A stretch of 64,000 nt of DNA, taken from the IMG/VR virus record IMGVR_UViG_3300050159_000048; one strand, 5' to 3'. The notes under the pieces are model-generated. The model searched no databases and was not told where the DNA came from. It saw only the letters and a program-made list of their open reading frames with translations. Below are positions 49,604 to 58,597 of this stretch, in pieces (position 1 is the stretch's first letter; every line of letters starts with the position of its first letter). The DNA is from a virus. A program made the translations under genes and the position numbers.

Positions 49604-49961
49604 ATTCATCAGACTTGTCTAAGGGGTCGTTATGCCCACCAACATCGTCGGGGTCGCGCAGCTTCCCTTCAATGACGGTTTCGTACAGCGTCTCGAAGTG
49701 GCGATTTTCCTCGAGCATAGATCCGTAGTTGTGCTTGTACATCGTGGCAGCAATCTTACGAACCAGCTTCTTGTCAACACCGTATTCAGCAGCAATGTCT
49801 GCAACCGATTCCTTCATACCTTCCTTCAGATCGTCGATTTGTTGGTGGTAATGAGTCACAGTGGCCAGTGCTGACTTGAACTTCTTGCGAATTTCCGGAT
49901 CAGCCAGAATGTTGCCCTTGTTGTTATCGTCTGCGGAACGTGCTTTTACTGGTTTAACCAT
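49602..49961 (-). CDS. dsDNA-binding protein, T4 DsbA-like
   Basis: IDDLKEGMKE..ADIAAEYGVDKKLVRKIA..MYK pattern. Confidence 0.7.
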   Translation of the reverse strand: MVKPVKARSADDNNKGNILADPEIRKKFKSALATVTHYHQQIDDLKEGMKESVADIAAEYGVDKKLVRKIAATMYKHNYGSMLEENRHFETLYETVIEGKLRDPDDVGGHNDPLDKSDE

Positions 49962-49997
49962 GATTTCTCCTTATTGTTATAGTCTAATCTTAGTGGG

Positions 49998-50705
49998 TCA
50001 AATACGTTGCGACAACAGGCCGTGTTTTTTGTTAAACGGCTGAACTTGCTTTGTAATCAAGCTCCGTACGCCTACAACGTAGGCGTATTGGGCTGGTGAG
50101 CGTAGATGTTCCACGTTACCGATGCCCATATTGTATGCTGCTACTGCCTTATCCCAGTTGCCGTTGCATAGGTCAAAGTACAACTTGAAATGCATTGCAG
50201 CGATTCGAATGTTTGCCTCGTCATTGTTTAGTAGCAAGGCTACGATCTCATCGTTGGTGACTTTATCGTATGGTTTGTGGGGGAAGTAAACTTTCGCAAC
50301 TTGGGGGTTGCGCTGCAAAACTGACCGTGCTGCAACCACTTGAACTTGCATCAATCCGTATGATCGCTTGCTTGCTGCTGCTCCGCGGTTACCGATCGGG
50401 TCGCTCTGGCCACCCTTAGTTTCACGCAGCAAGATAGCTTGCAGGGTTTCTGGATGTCCTACCTCACTTCCAATCTGAAACACTCTCTTCATGTTGTCTA
50501 CAGCAGTTCGCGTAAACGCTTGGAGTTGTGTTGTGGTTTCTGGCTGTGTACGCGTTGGTGTACGCACAACAGTTGCTTGTGGCTCTGCTACTACAACTTC
50601 TGGCAGCGCTGATTCAGTGGATGCTGAACCTTCTGCATATGCGAATGATTCAGTCATCATCAACACGAATAGCAACAGAGACGCGGTTATTCGATGATTG
50701 CTCAT
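49998..50705 (-). CDS. Lytic transglycosylase (SLT) with an N-terminal signal/anchor (start 50705 or 50711)
   Basis: AILLRET, SYGLMQV, AVAAYNMG; hydrophobic N-terminus ending FAYA. Confidence 0.85.
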   Translation of the reverse strand: MSNHRITASLLLFVLMMTESFAYAEGSASTESALPEVVVAEPQATVVRTPTRTQPETTTQLQAFTRTAVDNMKRVFQIGSEVGHPETLQAILLRETKGGQSDPIGNRGAAASKRSYGLMQVQVVAARSVLQRNPQVAKVYFPHKPYDKVTNDEIVALLLNNDEANIRIAAMHFKLYFDLCNGNWDKAVAAYNMGIGNVEHLRSPAQYAYVVGVRSLITKQVQPFNKKHGLLSQRI

Positions 50706-50760
50706 CTTCATTCCTTTCGTCAAAAGTTATACCCTCCTGGTATTACTACCAAGAAGGGCG

Positions 50761-50789
50761 ATTATAGTTGAGATAGGGAGTTAAATCAA
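50761..50789 (-). promoter_or_regulatory. sigma70-like promoter TTGATT-17-TATAAT
   Basis: -10 at 50761-50766 and -35 at 50784-50789. Confidence 0.7.
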
Positions 50790-51418
50790 CTGGGTTGGTT
50801 TAGGTATGGTCCAAACCAAGTCGTATAGTTACCAGGGAAGCTACCTGGATTATACATATACGGCGTTTTAGCTACGATGTGGAATCGTGCTTGAAAGAGG
50901 TCACCCGCAAACACCTCTGTGGTGTTATTTATGAAGTGAGGATCACTGGGGAACACGATTAGTGTGCCACGCTGCGGATTAAATCCGAAATGATGTTGAA
51001 CAAACTCAAGTTTGCCGCCATATACATCAAATTCCTGTTCAAACGGAGTATTTTCTTGATAATCTGACAGGAATAGAACTGCTGTCAGATCGCGAGCATT
51101 TGTGCGAACCCACTTGCCTCGTAAGTGCTCACTGTTCTCAGCCCGGAAGGTGCCAGAACTTCCCGCAGGAAACCACTCAAATTCAACACTCTCCGTGCCA
51201 CGGTACAGCATCTGATAGTGCCCTTGGATTTCGGGCAGTAACATAAGCAGCCGCTCATAAATCAAACCTTCAGCAGTTTCCGACCGTTTGGTCGTCTTCA
51301 CATACTTCCCGTCCTTGTTTTGATCAGGGACATTGAAATCCACAATATCAACAATATCTTCACACATCAGAGGAGAAATGAACTCCTCAACAACATAAAA
51401 CGGAGACTTATTCATCAT
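50786..51418 (-). CDS. 2OG-Fe(II) oxygenase-fold protein with apparently degenerate metal ligands
   Basis: RDLTAVLFLSD, YGGKLEF, PQRGTLIVFPS. Confidence 0.75.
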   Translation of the reverse strand: MMNKSPFYVVEEFISPLMCEDIVDIVDFNVPDQNKDGKYVKTTKRSETAEGLIYERLLMLLPEIQGHYQMLYRGTESVEFEWFPAGSSGTFRAENSEHLRGKWVRTNARDLTAVLFLSDYQENTPFEQEFDVYGGKLEFVQHHFGFNPQRGTLIVFPSDPHFINNTTEVFAGDLFQARFHIVAKTPYMYNPGSFPGNYTTWFGPYLNQPS

Positions 51419-51950
51419 TATGGACTTTGAGAGTATTCAGGTACGTAACCAATTCCGGAATAGTTACATTATGTTTTGCTAGAATTTGAACAGCTTCCAT
51501 GATTTGCATATCGCGATCAATATTGGCGGCAGATTCGGAAGTTGGGGCGTCCGCCTCATCCTGATTTGGGTTAATCAGGAAGTTACCTGCTTGCAGGATA
51601 TTCTGACCGACAAGGATTGCTGTATCCATGTGTGAGCGATCATTCAAGTTGAACGTAGCAGCCTTGAGTTGAACTCCTTCAATTTCAACATCCAACCGCA
51701 CCATTGGTCGATGCTCTCCACCGTGGTCTGCAGAATGCACTTCCTGTGTCCCGTCGACGTCAAGCGTGATTTGGTTCTTGGATAGCTGTGGACATACAAA
51801 AGTAACCGTTCCACGCTTTTCGTCCATCTGGATATTCTCAGCGTGGAGTGATGAGGTTGTTGCCCCAGTGTCAACCTTCCCCTCAAGGGAGCGACCCAAT
51901 TGTAAGAAATTCACTGTTACACTGTTGCCAATTACCTTGTTGTTCATCAT
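51408..51950 (-). CDS. Retropepsin-like aspartic protease (RimK-associated 'ATP-dependent zinc protease' family)
   Basis: KVDTGATTSSLHA, RPMV, FNLNDRSHM...ILVG; late promoter CATAAATA at 51976-51983. Confidence 0.85.
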   Translation of the reverse strand: MMNNKVIGNSVTVNFLQLGRSLEGKVDTGATTSSLHAENIQMDEKRGTVTFVCPQLSKNQITLDVDGTQEVHSADHGGEHRPMVRLDVEIEGVQLKAATFNLNDRSHMDTAILVGQNILQAGNFLINPNQDEADAPTSESAANIDRDMQIMEAVQILAKHNVTIPELVTYLNTLKVHNDE

Positions 51951-52615
51951 TACACTCCATACGTTTTGTGATACGTATTTATGCGTCGAAGAAGTGGCTC
52001 AATGTATGGCTCAATCGGTTGCTTGAATATCAACGGTACAGCTCCTCGTTCGCTGCTCATGATGATCACAATTTGATCAATTTGAATGCCATACCGCTCC
52101 AGATACATCAATGCATACGCTGTTGTCTGTAGGAAATAGTCACCAATCATCGATTGCTTCTTATCGGTTGTTGATGTTTTGAAGTCGATGATTGCGGGCA
52201 CTCCGTCGTATTCGCCAATACAATCAACACGCCCAGCAACACGCATTACATCACTCCACAGCGCGGATTCTTGAGTGTGAATGTTATTGATCCGCTTTAG
52301 ATGGACCTTCAGCATGTTGAAGTCTGGAATGTGGGCCGGTAACATATCGCGAGTAGGATCTACCTCATTGTTGAGGTACCGCTCCACCATCAAGTGAACT
52401 GCTGACCCTCGGTCGGCTGCTCGCTTCATTTCAGCGTCTGCTCGATCTGCGCCCATACTGTCACGCCACTCTCGAAGCCACGGTTTGTCACCAGCTCCCA
52501 AAATGGTGGTAATTGACGGATACTTGTTGCCTTCTGGCGTCAAATAAAAACGCCCGTTAGGACCCTCTTCTGTGTTGAGGTTAACGGGCGTGATGTTGTT
52601 GAGATGCGTGAACAT
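51950..52615 (-). CDS. PD-(D/E)XK exonuclease (phage exonuclease / Cas4-like fold)
   Basis: YPSITTIL, RGSAVH, AGRVD, IIDFKTS, YFLQ..AYA. Confidence 0.88.
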   Translation of the reverse strand: MFTHLNNITPVNLNTEEGPNGRFYLTPEGNKYPSITTILGAGDKPWLREWRDSMGADRADAEMKRAADRGSAVHLMVERYLNNEVDPTRDMLPAHIPDFNMLKVHLKRINNIHTQESALWSDVMRVAGRVDCIGEYDGVPAIIDFKTSTTDKKQSMIGDYFLQTTAYALMYLERYGIQIDQIVIIMSSERGAVPLIFKQPIEPYIEPLLRRINTYHKTYGV

Positions 52616-52625
52616 AATGTCCTAA

Positions 52626-52943
52626 TTATGCGACGCCACCTCCTGGGGTTGCAGCACCGGCACTGCCGGGAGTTGTCGTCATCGTGCGAGCCTGGGCATT
52701 TGGTGCTCCAGGTTGTGGAGTTTGAGCGTTTGGAGTTGCTCCGGAACGCTTGTCTTCCATTTGTTTTTGCTTAGCCTTCAATGCGAGCATCTTAGACAAT
52801 TGTTGCTTACGTTGAAGCAGCGGTGCAGTACGTTGGTTGATCTGAGCATCAATTTGAGCCATATCCGTGGAGATTTTGTCAATCTCAGCTTGCAGATCCT
52901 CATCCAGTCTAGTCAAAAACTGCTTAAAAGACAACTGGGTCAT
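52626..52943 (-). CDS. Hypothetical late protein (105 aa), possible internal head protein
   Basis: N-terminus MTQLSFKQFL..LDE; coiled coil. Confidence 0.7.
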   Translation of the reverse strand: MTQLSFKQFLTRLDEDLQAEIDKISTDMAQIDAQINQRTAPLLQRKQQLSKMLALKAKQKQMEDKRSGATPNAQTPQPGAPNAQARTMTTTPGSAGAATPGGGVA

Positions 52944-54064
52944 TACTTAACCCTCCCGATGATGTACTGAGCAATGTCGTGTGGGCGGAGACGACCCTTA
53001 GGAACATTCAACTTCTTGGTTGGGCGAAGCTTTGATACACCCGGAGCGCGATGCGTTTCTTCCTCTTCATGTGACGACATGGAGATTGGCTCTAGGCTGT
53101 CATCGTCTTGATCACCGCCGCCGTCTCGTTGGCCCATCTCATGTTTGAATTTGGCCAGCTGAGCCAAACGCTTAGCTTCGCGGTCTTCATCCTTGCGCGC
53201 CTTGTTGTATGTTTCCATGTCAAGGTACTGTTCTTCTTGCTTGACGCGAGACATTGCTTGAGCTACGATGGCATCAGCTTCCTTGGCCTTGGCTTCAGCC
53301 TCTTTGGCGCGAGCCTCAGCCTTGCGTGCTTCCGCGTCAGCCTTCATCATGTCAATCACTTGGGTGAGCAAGTCCTGAACCTGACCATCTCCAGCGCCAC
53401 CCGTATCCATGCCCATATCCATGTCAGCTGATGGGTCAAGATCGAGATCACCGCCTTCTGGGTCCGGTTCTTGGCCTTCACCACCCGCAAGTTGTGCTTC
53501 TTGCTCCTCATCTTCAGCGATTTCCGGCCACTGAACGTCAACAATGTTGAACTGGTCCTTTAGCTGGAACAAGATTTCTGCAATTTCGGGGACATCCTCG
53601 TCTGTACCTTCACGATCCATCAAGAACGATTCTAGGGCACGCTCAAAATCATCAGCTTCTTCAGATTGAACAACAACACGGATCAATCCACCGTTATCGT
53701 CTTGCAAGCCAAACGTTACTGTATTGCGGTTGTCTGTTGTTTCACGCTTTTCCAAACCCTTCAGCTTGCCGATTAGGCTGTCACGATCAAAGTTGTTGGT
53801 GTTACCTTCGTCTTCGTCGGGATTTGCCAGGTCTTCGGAAACAATGTTGAATGCTTCACGAAGCTTGGTGGTCTTGGTGATTTTCTTGGCTTTGGGTTTG
53901 GTGCTAGGCTCAACAATTGGTTCTGCGACCTTTGGTTTCGCGCGCCGTACCATTTGGGCAAACAGAGGCGTGCCCGCAGAGGCAATTGAGCCCCCGCTGA
54001 CTGCACCCATTGCTGCTTCTTCCGATACCATGGGGCGTGTGTTGAGTTTTTTGATTAGGTTCAT
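52943..54064 (-). CDS. Acidic hypothetical late protein (start re-assigned to 54064)
   Basis: GAGGA RBS and late promoter CATAAATA at 54090-54097; the ORF-track extension crosses a terminator and another gene. Confidence 0.75.
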   Translation of the reverse strand: MNLIKKLNTRPMVSEEAAMGAVSGGSIASAGTPLFAQMVRRAKPKVAEPIVEPSTKPKAKKITKTTKLREAFNIVSEDLANPDEDEGNTNNFDRDSLIGKLKGLEKRETTDNRNTVTFGLQDDNGGLIRVVVQSEEADDFERALESFLMDREGTDEDVPEIAEILFQLKDQFNIVDVQWPEIAEDEEQEAQLAGGEGQEPDPEGGDLDLDPSADMDMGMDTGGAGDGQVQDLLTQVIDMMKADAEARKAEARAKEAEAKAKEADAIVAQAMSRVKQEEQYLDMETYNKARKDEDREAKRLAQLAKFKHEMGQRDGGGDQDDDSLEPISMSSHEEEETHRAPGVSKLRPTKKLNVPKGRLRPHDIAQYIIGRVK

Positions 54065-54109
54065 GAGCCGTCCTCGTATTAGTGTCGGGTATTTATGGAC
54101 GGCAAAAGG

Positions 54110-54134
54110 AAAAGCCCGCACAAGGCGGGCTTTT
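54110..54134 (-). terminator. Intrinsic terminator
   Basis: AAAAGCCCGC-ACAAG-GCGGGCTTTT. Confidence 0.85.
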
Positions 54135-54140
54135 GTTGAG

Positions 54141-54437
54141 TTAGCGAAGACCGCTCTGCTTGAACGCTCGCCATTTCGGCTCAATCTTGTCACCTGTGGT
54201 ATGTTCTACCCAAGTTTCGAAGTTGAACATCGTGGACATCATGCGGTCACGGTACTCACGGTACTCTGCGTGCAGCTTCGCGATGCGCTCACGTTCAGCT
54301 GGCTCCACATCCGACAAGTCGATCGCACGAATCAAATCCGACGGCAGAGACACTGGCAGAATGACGCGGGTAGTGACATCCTGCTTGCCTTGACTTTCGT
54401 ACACAATAGACGTGATTTGGTTCTCGGTCAGATTCAT
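54141..54437 (-). CDS. Hypothetical protein (98 aa)
   Basis: ATGA-coupled to the upstream ORF; ends at the terminator. Confidence 0.75.
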   Translation of the reverse strand: MNLTENQITSIVYESQGKQDVTTRVILPVSLPSDLIRAIDLSDVEPAERERIAKLHAEYREYRDRMMSTMFNFETWVEHTTGDKIEPKWRAFKQSGLR

Positions 54438-54718
54438 TCTGCCGCTCCCTCAGCACCGTCGTTGGCAGCGGGTAGGAGGCCCAGGTTCTGCGCCTTTTGC
54501 ATGGCTTCTTCACGCTCCTGCTTCAGCATCTGAACCAGAGCGGTTTGAGCGTCGCGCAGCGCGCTTCGCACCATCAGCAGGTCAGACGACAGGTCCGCCT
54601 CCTTCTGACGCCAATCGTCAAAGAAGCCAACGAGCTGCTGCACTTGTTCGCTCATCTTGGCAACTTCATAGGTTGCATCGTCAAGTTGAATGGTCAGGGT
54701 GGGTTGTACGGGTTTCAT
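54434..54718 (-). CDS. Hypothetical coiled-coil protein (94 aa)
   Basis: AGGAG RBS; follows the helicase. Confidence 0.75.
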   Translation of the reverse strand: MKPVQPTLTIQLDDATYEVAKMSEQVQQLVGFFDDWRQKEADLSSDLLMVRSALRDAQTALVQMLKQEREEAMQKAQNLGLLPAANDGAEGAAE

Positions 54719-54737
54719 ATAGTTCTCCTAGGAAATT

Positions 54738-56090
54738 TTACTGGCCGTCGCCAGTATCAAACAGATCATCCCAACCACGCTTAGTGGATTGGTTCTTTTT
54801 GATTTTGTTGGGGTCGATCACACCATCGTCATCGACCGGGTCGGCGTCTCGATTAAGAATGCGTAGGAAGCCGTTGTCCCACTTGAGGAACAGTTGCTTA
54901 CCGACAGCGTCGCTACTGCGGGACTTAAGGAAGACAAATCCAATTTCTCCTGCCGCCTTCATGGTTGCATTCATAATGATCGACACATACCAGTCAACGG
55001 TATTCACTTTACTGATACCGCCTGCGATGTGTCCCTGATTTAGTTCTTGTGCATCAATAGCTGAACGGTTCTGCTGCGATGCGGTTGCTCCGAACATATT
55101 GAAGTCAAACAAAATGTCGCGCAGCTGTTCTGTGGCACGCTTATCCTTTTCAAACACGTTATCGGCTGATACATGTTCATTAGCCCCCATCAGGTCGAGA
55201 TAGTCAACGACTATCATATCGGGGACATACCCATGAACGAGCTCAAACTCCTTTAGATACGCGCGAATGCGGTTGCTGTTAGTGCCAACAGGCATCCGCT
55301 TAATCGTCAGCTTGCCCATCTGTGGAGCAACAAGGTTAATCGTTTGAGCGATCTCATCCTTGTGTTGTGCCCAAATAACCGACGACACGCCCGACAGCAT
55401 CTGGTCAAACCGCTGTGCGATCATTTCTTCGGAGAGTTCCAAAGAAAGATACAGCACGTTCATCTTCTCTTTGCTGCCCGGTGTCCGGGATTGCATCAGG
55501 AAGTTTAATGCTAGGTTGGCAAGCGTAATAGACTTACCACCACCTGAGTTGGCTGAGAACAGTAGGATTTCTTTGCGTGCCAATCCACCACCAAGCAGAT
55601 CATCAAATTCCTTCCAACGAGTTGGAGTGCGCAAGGGAACCCTGGATTGTTCATCGAGGCGAACATCTGGGTTCGAGAAGTAGTCCAACCCCAGGTCGCG
55701 GTTCAGAGAAATTGTGATCGCATCGCGGATTAGCTGCTCGGCCGTACCGTAGTCAACGTCCGATGCAACTTCGTTGATTAGCTTGGAAGATTTAACAATC
55801 GCTTGCTCGAATGCGCGTCGCTTGCAAAACGCTTCGATCTGGTCGGACATGAACTTGATCTCTGCACGAGAAACGTCGTCACGAGCCTTTAGAGAGACAT
55901 TGGTCTCAGCATCAATTTGAGAGGGCGTGGGGGTAGCGTTGTACTTGTCGTAGTACTCGTGGATAAAGTCCACAGTTTTGCGCAAGTCGGGGTCGAAGTA
56001 ATCCGACTTGATGATGTGCTTACACAGAGCGAATGTGTCGGGTGACGACACCACATATTCAAGGAGCAATCGTTGTTTTTTGTTATTCAT
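54738..56090 (-). CDS. gp41: Replicative DnaB-like helicase (gp41-like)
   Basis: Walker A ANSGGGKS, SLELSE, VVDYLDL, TASQQNR, KSR. Confidence 0.93.
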   Translation of the reverse strand: MNNKKQRLLLEYVVSSPDTFALCKHIIKSDYFDPDLRKTVDFIHEYYDKYNATPTPSQIDAETNVSLKARDDVSRAEIKFMSDQIEAFCKRRAFEQAIVKSSKLINEVASDVDYGTAEQLIRDAITISLNRDLGLDYFSNPDVRLDEQSRVPLRTPTRWKEFDDLLGGGLARKEILLFSANSGGGKSITLANLALNFLMQSRTPGSKEKMNVLYLSLELSEEMIAQRFDQMLSGVSSVIWAQHKDEIAQTINLVAPQMGKLTIKRMPVGTNSNRIRAYLKEFELVHGYVPDMIVVDYLDLMGANEHVSADNVFEKDKRATEQLRDILFDFNMFGATASQQNRSAIDAQELNQGHIAGGISKVNTVDWYVSIIMNATMKAAGEIGFVFLKSRSSDAVGKQLFLKWDNGFLRILNRDADPVDDDGVIDPNKIKKNQSTKRGWDDLFDTGDGQ

Positions 56091-56112
56091 TAGTCATCCT
56101 CATCAGAAGGTG

Positions 56113-56141
56113 ACTATATTACAATACAGCGGTTACGTCAA
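56113..56141 (-). promoter_or_regulatory. sigma70-like promoter TTGACG-17-TATAGT for the helicase
   Basis: -35 at 56136-56141 and -10 at 56113-56118. Confidence 0.7.
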
Positions 56142-57137
56142 CAGAATGTGCGGGTAAATTGACCGAATTACCGATTTTTGAGCATACGCTTTTCCCTGAG
56201 CATAGTACAATTCAGGTTGTGAGCTGTTAATGTACCCAAGGTCGATATACTGGTCATAGACTCGGTCCACATTTGTGTGAGGAGAGCGACTCAGTAGTAG
56301 CAGCACTTCACCGGGCTGCGGTTGGCCCGATCCGTTGAAACTGTATGGGTAGAATAATGAACCGTTGGAGATTGCGCCAACAGAGAAATACAGTGGCGCG
56401 TTCGGAGTCGTCACGATGTTGAAACTACGTAGAATGTATTGATTACCGTTGGCAACAATACTCTCATACCCAGCCCAAGGCGAGTTGATTGACGGCACAT
56501 AGTCAATACCAACATATTCAATGGTGTTGTTGGATGAGCTACCTGAGTAGAATGTGACACCCAAACTAACCATTGGCGAAGTTGCCAACGTAGCAATCGT
56601 AATTTCGCCCGCATTTGTAGAAATCTGGACTGGGGCAGTATCGGAACTGGTTGACGACAGAGCCATTGGATTCACAGTGTTTTCCGATGACAATGCGATG
56701 CATTGTACCAATCCTGATACAGCAACGTCAAACGTCAGGATGACCGTGTTCGAGTCAACGATTTGAGTACTCGTTGGAGTTCCGGGCTCTAGTGTGGCAC
56801 TACCAGAGGAGGTGTCGCGATACACGTATACGTGTAGAATTGGACGGTTTGCTAGATTATGCTTTACAATCCATTGATTGGATTGTACAGGTTGTTCGTG
56901 AGTGTACAACACCTTGCGTTGGTGCCAATCTTGCAAACCTTCTACCTCAGGAGGGAACGCTGGCGTGGCGTTAATCTCTTTGGTCTGAGTTACACGGTTT
57001 AGCTTACCTTGGCAGTTGTAAGTAATGATGCAGCGCTGCATCACTTCCATTCCCTGCTTATTTGCAGGGACACGGACGCGACGCTTGCACGTCGTGCATT
57101 CATATACGCTTTCACCTTTGACTACAACTGCTGGCAT
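56133..57137 (-). CDS. Hypothetical, probably structural, protein with an N-terminal Cys cluster (334 aa)
   Basis: YECTTC...C....C; WIVKHNL..P beta module. Confidence 0.7.
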   Translation of the reverse strand: MPAVVVKGESVYECTTCKRRVRVPANKQGMEVMQRCIITYNCQGKLNRVTQTKEINATPAFPPEVEGLQDWHQRKVLYTHEQPVQSNQWIVKHNLANRPILHVYVYRDTSSGSATLEPGTPTSTQIVDSNTVILTFDVAVSGLVQCIALSSENTVNPMALSSTSSDTAPVQISTNAGEITIATLATSPMVSLGVTFYSGSSSNNTIEYVGIDYVPSINSPWAGYESIVANGNQYILRSFNIVTTPNAPLYFSVGAISNGSLFYPYSFNGSGQPQPGEVLLLLSRSPHTNVDRVYDQYIDLGYINSSQPELYYAQGKAYAQKSVIRSIYPHILLT

Positions 57138-57139
57138 GA

Positions 57140-57454
57140 TTACATCATTTCAAGACGATCTAGCTGACCAGCTAGAATGATTTTGGATGTGCGTTCCAAA
57201 TAAGCCTTTTCCAGGTTGGCTGGGACCTTGACTGCGAACGACATCACGGTGTTCAGGTTGAATACATGCTGACCTTCAGCGTCAACCAGACTGTGAGGGA
57301 ATAGATCCAGTACAACCGACTCGCCACGTTGCATTGGACGGATCACCAATGGTTGTTCCAGTGTGATTGTGTTTTGTTCGAGGTTGCGTTCAACAACACG
57401 CCCGATAACTTCTGCACCAGCGATGGTGACAAACAGCATTAGTTCTGTATTCAT
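57140..57454 (-). CDS. Small Sm/SH3-like beta protein (104 aa)
   Basis: GAEVIGRV...ITLEQPLVI pattern; TAAATA at 57480-57485. Confidence 0.55.
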   Translation of the reverse strand: MNTELMLFVTIAGAEVIGRVVERNLEQNTITLEQPLVIRPMQRGESVVLDLFPHSLVDAEGQHVFNLNTVMSFAVKVPANLEKAYLERTSKIILAGQLDRLEMM

Positions 57455-57462
57455 AGTATACC

Positions 57463-58047
57463 TTATTTGTTATGATTAGTATTTAGTAGCTTACCGTATC
57501 CGTCACACGCACTGGCTCGGACCGCATAGTAGTACGGAATCCCATACAGTATCACCTCCGCGTCGGCAGAAATGCCTTCGTGAAGGTTATGCGTGACGTA
57601 TGTGTACCTCACAACATCTGCAATGATGGAGGAGGCTTCTGCCTTGTCGTCTAGCTCTTCAACCAGGGCGGTTAGAGCCGTTTGGTAAGCCGTATTTGAT
57701 TCATGTACTTCTTTGCTGTACATGAACTGATATCCGTCGATTGGGAAGACGTAGAACGGCTCTGTGTTTTGAGGCAGGGATGGAGTGTTTGGGTAAGCAA
57801 AGATTGCGCGTTGGCGAATATTACTGAACTGCTTACCGAATGCCATATTAAACGCGTCGGACACGTCGTCTTTGCGTTTTTGTTGGCGAACTTTCACCTT
57901 GTGAAAGTTGTGATACGTCACTGGGAGAGCTTTGAGTAAAGGCAATCCAGCCGACTCTTTTAGGAACTGTGCGCAATCAGTCTTGATCTTTTGCACCTCG
58001 CGAATTCCAAGACCAACGCTCGTTCCAATAATGTCCTCAATGAGCAT
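57463..58047 (-). CDS. Hypothetical late protein (194 aa)
   Basis: GGGG RBS; late promoter at 58066-58071 inside a hairpin. Confidence 0.75.
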   Translation of the reverse strand: MLIEDIIGTSVGLGIREVQKIKTDCAQFLKESAGLPLLKALPVTYHNFHKVKVRQQKRKDDVSDAFNMAFGKQFSNIRQRAIFAYPNTPSLPQNTEPFYVFPIDGYQFMYSKEVHESNTAYQTALTALVEELDDKAEASSIIADVVRYTYVTHNLHEGISADAEVILYGIPYYYAVRASACDGYGKLLNTNHNK

Positions 58048-58097
58048 ACTTTCCCCTTTGACGGGTATTTAGGGCTCATTGAGGACGTTTCTGCGCC

Positions 58098-58463
58098 TTA
58101 GTTTTGGTAAGACGTTTCAGTTTGCTCAGCAGCCAGGTCTTGAATGGTCTGGTCGATGAACGCATTGCAATCAGCAATGTGCTTCTGCATCATGCAGCGA
58201 GGGCCTTGTACGACCTCGTTCAGCCGGTACGCAAACTCAGTTTGCATCAGATACAAGCGGTTGGCACCACCGTTCTTCGAACGGAAAGGACGCTCCATAC
58301 GAGCGGTTGCTTGATTGAAGGCAGACGACAGGTAACGAACGATCTGACCGACGTCCTTTTCCTTCACGGGTTCTTTTTCTGTCATAATGGTTCCTATGAC
58401 GGGTTTATCAAGAGATAGCGCATCAACGCTATCAGCGGGTTTTTGCGAGAACGCACGACTCAT
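58098..58463 (-). CDS. Hypothetical protein (121 aa; start uncertain)
   Basis: Fills the gap before the divergent dCMP deaminase. Confidence 0.55.
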   Translation of the reverse strand: MSRAFSQKPADSVDALSLDKPVIGTIMTEKEPVKEKDVGQIVRYLSSAFNQATARMERPFRSKNGGANRLYLMQTEFAYRLNEVVQGPRCMMQKHIADCNAFIDQTIQDLAAEQTETSYQN

Positions 58464-58597
58464 TATGCGGAAAAGAATTCGGGGGACAACAGTGTTGTTC
58501 TTACCGCTAAAAGCAGATACAGTATAACTATGCGAAATTTAGAGGGTTTTTGAACCCCCGCTATTGAAGAAAAACAAGAACACTAAATAGCCAACCT

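Noticed and set aside
51950..52615. Cas4-like nuclease suggesting a CRISPR system
   Set aside because: No Fe-S cysteine cluster, no other cas genes and no repeat-spacer array seen; it fits a common phage exonuclease
53724..55038. Long antisense ORFs (269 aa and 208 aa; likewise 23385..24083)
   Set aside because: Shadows of well-supported opposite-strand genes; the 269-aa one also crosses a terminator
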